Virus record (IMG/VR): IMGVR_UViG_3300008952_000034
Span: 52,663-72,662 of that record
Length of the DNA stretch: 20,000 nucleotides
From: an uncultured virus (IMG/VR IMGVR_UViG_3300008952_000034)
Lineage: Duplodnaviria; Heunggongvirae; Uroviricota; Caudoviricetes
Reading direction: 5' to 3' (one strand)
Below the pieces are notes generated by a model. The model saw only the letters and a list, made by a program, of their open reading frames with translations. It was not told where the DNA came from and made no database searches. This document shows positions 8,131 to 14,695 of the stretch, piece after piece. The translations under genes and the position numbers were made by a program. The stretch's first letter is position 1. Each line of letters begins with the position of its first letter.

Positions 8131-8600
8131 TGTACGAATTTCGTGTCCACACACTTGTTGATATAACAGATAACGGAAACTTAAAAAAAGAATTTCCTTT
8201 TAAAACAACTGGAGGTGAAGTGGTTCATGACAAAAATACTTTAACCATTGCACGACATCAAAATTCTAACTTCAATACAATGATACAATTACTTCAAATG
8301 AGAGGTAACATTACTTGGGAGTTACCGCCTATAAGAGTAAATGAAACTCTAGGAAATAGTGCATTTGGTACTGCTTATGAAGGCAAACACATATCATGGC
8401 ACTTTACATTTTTCTCAGAACAAACAGATGTTTATGGTGAACCACAACACCCAACCGCACAACTACTTGATGACTTTCATTTAGTACCTATATTAAATTT
8501 TTGCAAGGAAACTGCAACTTTTCCAACAGCAACTTTTATAACACAAAATTCTGAAACAATAAACACGTACTTTTCGTACGCTGGAGAAATTAATAAATAG
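8130..8600 (+). CDS. conserved hypothetical phage protein (156 aa)
   Basis: TAATG-coupled ORF; TLVDIT, Q.SNF.T..Q....R.N, FG..Y.G....W.F.F. Confidence 0.75.
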   Translation: MYEFRVHTLVDITDNGNLKKEFPFKTTGGEVVHDKNTLTIARHQNSNFNTMIQLLQMRGNITWELPPIRVNETLGNSAFGTAYEGKHISWHFTFFSEQTDVYGEPQHPTAQLLDDFHLVPILNFCKETATFPTATFITQNSETINTYFSYAGEINK

Positions 8601-8609
8601 TAATGATTA

Positions 8610-8643
8610 AGGCAAACACAGGCAAACATAGGCAGTTAAGGCA
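8610..8643 (+). repeat. 4x AGGCA with about 10-nt period
   Basis: AGGCAAACAC AGGCAAACAT AGGCAGTTA AGGCA, with copies at 8610, 8620, 8630 and 8639, just downstream of TAAATA 8594-8599. Confidence 0.85.
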
Positions 8644-8942
8644 TGACACAGACAGAGTACCTAGCGGTAAAAAGAGATTTATTAAATTTAAAAAAAGAAT
8701 TGGAATTTATGCCAACTGAGTTAGAAAAAACAAACCTAGAAGCACACGTTGACTTATGTAGCGAAAGATACAAAGGTCTACACGACAGATTGTCGGCGAT
8801 TGAACTGCGACTAGGAAAAATGCACGATGATCAAGACAAGAATCACAAAGGTCAGACAAAAACAATTATAGCCACAGCAGGTACAGTAGTGGCAGGATTA
8901 TTATCAACAGTAGTTGTAATCCTAATGAAAATGCCTAGTTAA
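8643..8942 (+). CDS. coiled-coil protein with C-terminal transmembrane helix (holin/XhlA-like architecture); alternative start ATG 8709
   Basis: LEAHVDLCSERYKGLHDRLSAIELRL heptads, then hydrophobic TIIATAGTVVAGLLSTVVVILM. Confidence 0.6.
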   Translation: MTQTEYLAVKRDLLNLKKELEFMPTELEKTNLEAHVDLCSERYKGLHDRLSAIELRLGKMHDDQDKNHKGQTKTIIATAGTVVAGLLSTVVVILMKMPS

Positions 8943-8974
8943 TATAACTACTTTAAACATCAATTACCAAATAT

Positions 8975-9211
8975 ATGTTCGTACAAATAGCACCCCATGT
9001 AAAAGTATTCCTTACCAACACCCAAGTTGAATTTGTTAACAAATACAAGGATAAAGAATCATTTCGTAGCACAGATTTATTACCAGAAGAAGTGGAAATT
9101 GCAAGAATACTAGGAGATAAAAGTATCTTCGTAAGAAAAAAACTTGACATTGGCATACAATACGCTTTAAATAGACGTATTAGATTTGTACAAAATGCCA
9201 TTAAAAAATAA
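8975..9211 (+). CDS. hypothetical protein (78 aa), possibly small winged-helix-like
   Basis: ORF in operon orientation; L...EVEIAR.L..K.IF.R pattern; overlaps the start of the next gene. Confidence 0.65.
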   Translation: MFVQIAPHVKVFLTNTQVEFVNKYKDKESFRSTDLLPEEVEIARILGDKSIFVRKKLDIGIQYALNRRIRFVQNAIKK

Positions 9212-9698
9212 ACAAGAATTAGTAAGACAAATTGAGGCTTATGGTCTTAAAAATAAACTTGCAGAATTAGCACGTAAAGAAGTAGCAAAAAAACCATTCC
9301 GTCATTTACCCAAGCAGTTCTCTAAAGGGATCCTTATAGGAAACATAGCAATCGTACCTAAAAAGCATACAGGCACAAGATATGTCTACGTAATAGCAGA
9401 CATGATTGGGGCAAAACTACTATATGAAGATATAAACTTAAAACAAACAGCAATTCTTGTGGCACACCATTTGGCAGATAGTAAAAATCCACCTAGGGAG
9501 GTATTGGAACACGACACACATTTTGCTTCACAACTGTTTAATATAACAAGTGCTAAAGGTATGATTAAAATGGCACAAAAAGAACGTAATAATAGTATGG
9601 AAGAGATATATACACAGCGATTAGAAGATGCACACCGATTAGCCGATGAATATAAGGGTAAAATACAAGAAATATTCCAATCTACCTTTGGTGTTTAA
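9195..9698 (+). CDS. hypothetical protein (about 167 aa)
   Basis: Long ORF; ATG 9195 preferred to TTG 9186. Confidence 0.7.
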   Translation: MPLKNKQELVRQIEAYGLKNKLAELARKEVAKKPFRHLPKQFSKGILIGNIAIVPKKHTGTRYVYVIADMIGAKLLYEDINLKQTAILVAHHLADSKNPPREVLEHDTHFASQLFNITSAKGMIKMAQKERNNSMEEIYTQRLEDAHRLADEYKGKIQEIFQSTFGV

Positions 9699-9702
9699 TA
9701 AC

Positions 9703-9708
9703 TAAATA
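9703..9708 (+). promoter_or_regulatory. late-promoter-like TAAATA, 5 nt before ATG 9714
   Basis: TAAATA-acaat-ATG with no SD. Confidence 0.6.
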
Positions 9709-9713
9709 ACAAT

Positions 9714-10580
9714 ATGCAAAGCATAGAACTAACAAAACCAGTAACTACAGAGTCATTACTATCCGAGTTTGAAAGTAGATTTAATCAAACTATGGATTTA
9801 AGCAAATTTACTAGAGAAGAGTTAGAAGATACTGCAAATAAAATTAGAACTAGAATTCACGACATTACACAAAATGAACATTTTGGACAAGAATTAAAAA
9901 ATCATGACTATCAAAAAAATCAAAGTATGTTAGATATTATTAATCAATCAATTAAAGAGTATGGGTCAGACACAGCAGAAAATCCAGTTTTAAACAAAGC
10001 AACAGCACCAATCAAAGACAAACTTAGAAAAGGACAAGCATTAAGTCCAGATGAAAGAGGAGCGGCGGCAAAACTTATGGCAAGTAAAGAAGTTAAAGAA
10101 GGCGTAGAAGAACAATCAGAATTAATTTTAGCGGCTAAAGATATGATGGACAAAGTTACAGGGTATCTAGAAGATTTAGCAACAATGAAAACTGAAAGTA
10201 TGTTAGAACTTGCTGATAGAATTAGAGACGAAATGGGAGCAGAAAAGTCAGATGCTTTCTTACAAAAAGTTCAACCAGCTATTGAACAAGCAGAAGCAAC
10301 ACTAGGAACAACAAGACAAGAACTTGACAACGGTGTAAGAATATTGACCGGCGAAGAAGTTGCATCAGACCCTATGGGTTCTGATGATTCCATGAATATG
10401 GACGAACCAGACACAGACCTAGGAGGAGACGTAGACCTAGGAGGAGACGCTGAAACAGATGAGTTTGGCGCTTCTGATGCAGAAGCAGGTGGAACAGAAC
10501 CTGAAGGCAGAGAACAAAGAGAATCCAGAGAAGTATTTGAAACTTCAAACAGAATCTACGGCAAACTAGCAGGGAAGTAA
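9714..10580 (+). CDS. acidic helical protein, putative prohead core/scaffold-like virion protein
   Basis: Glu/Asp-rich helical sequence with a disordered acidic tail and several (I/L/V)-x-E sites (IKE, VKE, VFE) of the T4 gp21 protease type. Confidence 0.5.
   Translation: MQSIELTKPVTTESLLSEFESRFNQTMDLSKFTREELEDTANKIRTRIHDITQNEHFGQELKNHDYQKNQSMLDIINQSIKEYGSDTAENPVLNKATAPIKDKLRKGQALSPDERGAAAKLMASKEVKEGVEEQSELILAAKDMMDKVTGYLEDLATMKTESMLELADRIRDEMGAEKSDAFLQKVQPAIEQAEATLGTTRQELDNGVRILTGEEVASDPMGSDDSMNMDEPDTDLGGDVDLGGDAETDEFGASDAEAGGTEPEGREQRESREVFETSNRIYGKLAGK
10415..10449 (+). repeat. intragenic 17-nt direct repeat x2 (18-nt period; DLGGD-V-DLGGD)
   Basis: AGACCTAGGAGGAGACG at 10415-10431 and 10433-10449. 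Confidence 0.9.
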
Positions 10581-10584
10581 TCCC

Positions 10585-10935
10585 ATGCGATTTTTCGAAT
10601 TTAAAAATAAAGATTTAGAATCAGCATTAGTTAATACCTTAATGAATATGAAAGGTGATGCTGATAAAAAAGATCAATCATCAGAAATAAGTTTTGATGC
10701 TGTTGACAATATAATGACTAACATAGGTTATCCATCATTCAATTATGATATTTTTAAACAGATGTATGACCAAGGTGAAGCACTAAAAAACATTGTCGCA
10801 GATTTTGATGAAGAAAAGATTGTAATTAAAACAGAACAAGACGCAGAAGCAGATCCAGAAATGGACTTTGATAATCAAGGTTCTACAGATAAAGTAAAGC
10901 AGATGGCCAAGTCTGCGATGAACCGAAGAAAATAG
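10585..10935 (+). CDS. hypothetical acidic protein (116 aa), putative head-associated
   Basis: Starts MRFFEF (CTS-like); C-terminal V..MAK.A..RR. Confidence 0.7.
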   Translation: MRFFEFKNKDLESALVNTLMNMKGDADKKDQSSEISFDAVDNIMTNIGYPSFNYDIFKQMYDQGEALKNIVADFDEEKIVIKTEQDAEADPEMDFDNQGSTDKVKQMAKSAMNRRK

Positions 10936-10953
10936 CAGATAACTAACATTACA

Positions 10954-11373
10954 ATGAATAATAACCTTCGGCAGGTGGATCTTGTATCAACAACGAAAGG
11001 TTTGTTGAACCTTCATCAATTTTGGAACAAACCTATTGTGGTATTCAACAGTGCATCTTTCTGTGGCTTTACTAATCAGTTGTCCGCTTTTGAAGAACTG
11101 CACAAGACAGGCAAAGTAATACCTATTGCCCTGCCAACAAATGAATTTGGTGCCCAAGAACCTGGACACTCTCTAGAAATCAATCAACACTACTGTAAGA
11201 AATACAACGTGACATATCCAATAATGGACAAGACAGATCTAGAACATAAATTTTTTAAAACTTTTGGCATACCAGACTGGAACTTCAATAAATGGTTATT
11301 TGATTCTAAACACAATTTTGTTAAGAAGTTTAACAGTAGAACCCAACCAATGAAAATGCTTGAATATGTCTGA
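10954..11373 (+). CDS. gpx: glutathione peroxidase-family protein (Cys-type, probably thioredoxin-dependent)
   Basis: All three GPx signatures: NSASFCGFTNQ, PTNEFGAQEPG, WNFNKWL. The second Cys in INQHYCKKYNVTYP sits at the resolving-Cys position. Confidence 0.9.
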   Translation: MNNNLRQVDLVSTTKGLLNLHQFWNKPIVVFNSASFCGFTNQLSAFEELHKTGKVIPIALPTNEFGAQEPGHSLEINQHYCKKYNVTYPIMDKTDLEHKFFKTFGIPDWNFNKWLFDSKHNFVKKFNSRTQPMKMLEYV

Positions 11374-12634
11374 TACATTTTGCACTTATCCGTTTAAACA
11401 TCTCTACATAGAAACCAATGGACGACAGAAGTTGTGTTGTATGCCTAACGAGTTCATAGAAAAGAATGATGGATACAGACAGTACCAAATGAAGGATGGG
11501 ATCTTTTCTAGTTGGAACAGCGACTACATGAAAGACACAAGGTTGAAAATGCTTAACGGACAAAAAGTTAGTGCCTGTGAAAAATGTTACTTACTAGAAT
11601 CTCATGGACAAAAAAGTTTAAGGCAAAACGGCGGACGAGGTAAGCCGGAATGGTTTAAAGATGATATAGAGTCCAATGGCACTATGAAGACCATGCCGAC
11701 TGATATAGAACTGCACTTTGGAAACGTCTGCAACTTGAAATGTAGGATGTGCAGTCATTATTTCTCACACATGATCGGCAAAGAGCTGTTGGCTGTGCAA
11801 CAAGATGATCCAGATTTTTTCCGTTGGATACAGGAGCAAGGAGGCAACGTTAATAATTGGGCCACTGGAGATTTGACAGAAGTCTATGACTGGTACAAGG
11901 ACAAGTCTGTATTAGAAAACACGTTTGAAGAAATATACAATCATGTACAAAGTATAAGAGTGATTGGTGGAGAACCAACAATTATTCCTGAGTTCTGGCA
12001 GATGTTCAAATATCTCAAATCCAAGAACAGTCTCAAAGACAAGTTTATAAAAATCACCACAAACGGTACTAACACAAATCCAAAGATGACCGAATGGTTT
12101 GCTGAAATGAAAGGTGTAGAGATTATGATAAGTCTCGACGGACTTGATCTTAGAAACAGGTATATCAGGTACCCATCAAACTGGCAGGCAATAATGAAGA
12201 ACATTAGAGAATACAAAGCAATCGCAAACCTACATCCATCTGTGAGACCATTTGTGGCACCAACGCCACAAATATTAAATGTAGATCAATTAACTGATTT
12301 CTGTATATTCTTCGAGAACGAAGAAGTCGCCGTTGGAATAAATCCAGATGTTGTCAGTCCCAAGATATGTAATTTTAATTATTTCCCAATGGAGTATAAA
12401 AAGATTGTAGTTGATAAATTGAACACTAACCTCGCAAAGGTCAAAAACAACACCAACAGAACACACATTGAAAACACTATTAAAGTCCTACAGCAAGATT
12501 TCAATAAACAAGAAATAGATCAAAACATAAGAAACTTTGTCAAATACAACGATTACATGGATAAGTTTAGAAACACAGATTCATGGAGAGACTTGTTACC
12601 AGAACTTGCAGAAGTTATAGAAAAAAGATTATAG
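11366..12634 (+). CDS. radical SAM protein with N-terminal twitch/SPASM Fe-S domain
   Basis: FCTYPF...G...LCC...WNS..MK..R..ML.G....CEKC (twitch), GNVCNLKCRMC (CxxxCxxC), GGEP, TTNGT, ISLDG, YIRYP..W. ATG 11366 overlaps the end of gpx. Confidence 0.9.
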   Translation: MSDTFCTYPFKHLYIETNGRQKLCCMPNEFIEKNDGYRQYQMKDGIFSSWNSDYMKDTRLKMLNGQKVSACEKCYLLESHGQKSLRQNGGRGKPEWFKDDIESNGTMKTMPTDIELHFGNVCNLKCRMCSHYFSHMIGKELLAVQQDDPDFFRWIQEQGGNVNNWATGDLTEVYDWYKDKSVLENTFEEIYNHVQSIRVIGGEPTIIPEFWQMFKYLKSKNSLKDKFIKITTNGTNTNPKMTEWFAEMKGVEIMISLDGLDLRNRYIRYPSNWQAIMKNIREYKAIANLHPSVRPFVAPTPQILNVDQLTDFCIFFENEEVAVGINPDVVSPKICNFNYFPMEYKKIVVDKLNTNLAKVKNNTNRTHIENTIKVLQQDFNKQEIDQNIRNFVKYNDYMDKFRNTDSWRDLLPELAEVIEKRL

Positions 12635-13927
12635 GTCTTTAACAATATCGTATATCTGTGGATAAACTTTCTTCCAGTTAGTACCTCTCCTACGATCTAA
12701 CTCTGTCAAATAGATTTTCAGTTGTTTTTGTCTTATAAGACTAGGTTCTCTATTTTCAAACTCAATCATATTACCTTCCATAAATTTTTTATGATTTACC
12801 TTAACTGAATCTGGGTAACCATAAGAATTAGTATCAAACAACTCTATTGCTTCTTGTAATCCCCATTCGTTAATTTTTTTACCAAATATTCCAGGATACA
12901 AATAAGGCTTAGGCCCAATATCATGCTGGTTTGCTTTCATCATACTCCAATACACAGGTCTAATCTTTGACCAGTTGTTAATCATTTTAACCATTTCAGG
13001 CATACCTGATACTGCTGTCACTGTTAATGCAGAATTTATTCCTTGTAACGTTTCTGTTTCATTTAACACATATTCAAAATTCTTTTGCAATAATGGTAAG
13101 TTAATTCCAGTACGCACATACTCTCCTGCAGGTCCCCAAGCATCACATGATGCAATAATCTGTAGTTTATCTAATCTACCTTGCTTAACCATTTTATCTA
13201 ATCTACTAACCCACATTTTATATCTATCGTGTTCTACATTATGATTACTAAAAAAGCATAAAGTTAAATCAGGCAGTTCCCTTTTCTCTAAAAACTCTAT
13301 AAATCTAAATGTTTCTTTTTGTAAAAATGGTTCTCCTCCTAATACAAAAACTTTATGTAATTTGTGTATATTATTTTCAAACCATTTAAACAATAATTCT
13401 GTATGCTCTTCTATCTTAGGATTCTTTTTCCACCATGGACTTATATCAACTCCTTCTTTATTAAAGTCTCCAAATTTTTCTTCTTCTTGTTGTATTTGTG
13501 AACTAAAATGAGCACCACAATAGATACATTTTTGATTACAAGTATTTCCCCAATACACTTCTAATTGCCTTGGAGTAACATCAACTGCTTCTAAATCATT
13601 ATCCAACTCCGGTGGAGCAGTAGTACCTTCCAAGTGTAGATGTATTTGTCTGTCACTAGTTCCACCAGCTTCTTCAATGTGTTTACAGTGTTCACAACCA
13701 CGTCCTGGCCATTCACCTTTTAACATTTTACGTCTTGCTTCTAACTTGGCCGGTAAGTTATGAAAATTTAATTCACCATTACGTATTTCTAATGGATCTC
13801 CCTGTACTCTGTGACAACTTGCACTTACTCCATCCGTAAGATATACTGTGGAATGTGTCCACTTTAACTGACATGGTAATCCTTTTTTAATAGGAAACGG
13901 TTTTGGTGGTTGCTTTGATATACCCAT
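12629..13927 (-). CDS. radical SAM protein with N-terminal twitch-like domain
   Basis: CQLKW...SCHRV...FHN..K...RRKMLKG..PGRGCEHC, GNTCNQKCIYC, LGGEPF, EYVRTG. Start reassigned to ATG 13927 (MGISKQ) to avoid overlapping the divergent gene. Stop codons overlap those of the convergent radical SAM gene (TTATAG). Confidence 0.88.
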   Translation of the reverse strand: MGISKQPPKPFPIKKGLPCQLKWTHSTVYLTDGVSASCHRVQGDPLEIRNGELNFHNLPAKLEARRKMLKGEWPGRGCEHCKHIEEAGGTSDRQIHLHLEGTTAPPELDNDLEAVDVTPRQLEVYWGNTCNQKCIYCGAHFSSQIQQEEEKFGDFNKEGVDISPWWKKNPKIEEHTELLFKWFENNIHKLHKVFVLGGEPFLQKETFRFIEFLEKRELPDLTLCFFSNHNVEHDRYKMWVSRLDKMVKQGRLDKLQIIASCDAWGPAGEYVRTGINLPLLQKNFEYVLNETETLQGINSALTVTAVSGMPEMVKMINNWSKIRPVYWSMMKANQHDIGPKPYLYPGIFGKKINEWGLQEAIELFDTNSYGYPDSVKVNHKKFMEGNMIEFENREPSLIRQKQLKIYLTELDRRRGTNWKKVYPQIYDIVKDL

Positions 13928-13945
13928 TTGTATATAATTATGTAT
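13928..13945. promoter_or_regulatory. 18-nt divergent spacer with palindromic ATAATTAT (candidate bidirectional promoter)
   Basis: CAT(13925-13927)-N7-TAATTA(13935-13940)-N5-ATG(13946). Same geometry as 3629-3646. Confidence 0.6.
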
Positions 13946-14650
13946 ATGAAAATCTCCGAAGATGTTCTTAAAAGCAAAGGTATAGCATATATACAAAAAT
14001 TTCCATACAATGAATTGTCTAAAACATCTAAAAATGGTAAAAGATATTACTCTACTCCAGATGGTAGAACAGTACCTTCTGTGACCACAGTGTTATCTGC
14101 TACTAAAGACATGACACAATTACACGCATGGCGTAAAAGAGTTGGTGAAGCAAGAGCACAACAAATTACAACAGAGTCAGCTAACATTGGAACAGTGATG
14201 CACGGCTCATTAGAAAAACACGTAAAAGGTATTGAAAGAAAACCTGGGTCAAATCTTATACATCAAAAAGCACACGCAATGGCAAATGTTATTATTGATA
14301 ATGGATTAAAAAATGTTAGTGAAGTATGGGGATCAGAAGTATCATTACACTACCCAGAATTATATGCAGGAACAACTGACTTGGTTGGTGTATATAAAGG
14401 TGAACCGGCTATAATGGATTTCAAACAAGCACGTAAATTAAAAAAGAAAGAATGGGTAGAAGATTACTATCTTCAATTGGTTGCATATTCTGAAGCACAT
14501 AATAAACAATACGACACGCAAATTAAATCAGGTAGAGTCTTTATATGCACACAAAACAACGAATTTCAAACATTTGATATAGACAACTATGACCATTGGG
14601 TAGGACAATGGTATAGTAAATTGGAACAATACTACAAGTCTATCCTTTAA
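13946..14650 (+). CDS. PD-(D/E)XK exonuclease (RecB/MGME1-like phage exonuclease)
   Basis: RYY.TPDG...PSVTTVL, WRKRVG, GT.MH..LE, E..L, YAGTTDLV, IMDFK, YYLQLVAY. Confidence 0.88.
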   Translation: MKISEDVLKSKGIAYIQKFPYNELSKTSKNGKRYYSTPDGRTVPSVTTVLSATKDMTQLHAWRKRVGEARAQQITTESANIGTVMHGSLEKHVKGIERKPGSNLIHQKAHAMANVIIDNGLKNVSEVWGSEVSLHYPELYAGTTDLVGVYKGEPAIMDFKQARKLKKKEWVEDYYLQLVAYSEAHNKQYDTQIKSGRVFICTQNNEFQTFDIDNYDHWVGQWYSKLEQYYKSIL

Positions 14651-14695
14651 TAAATAACGTTAAATGTTTAAATATATTAAAGGAATTATATAATC

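Noticed and set aside
8610..8643. CRISPR array or mini-array
   Set aside because: Units are 5-nt cores at 10-nt spacing, far too short for repeat-spacer structure, and no cas genes are present. The exonuclease lacks the Cas4 Fe-S cysteines.
10954..11373. Selenocysteine-type GPx
   Set aside because: The active-site codon is TGT (Cys). There is no in-frame TGA before the normal terminus.
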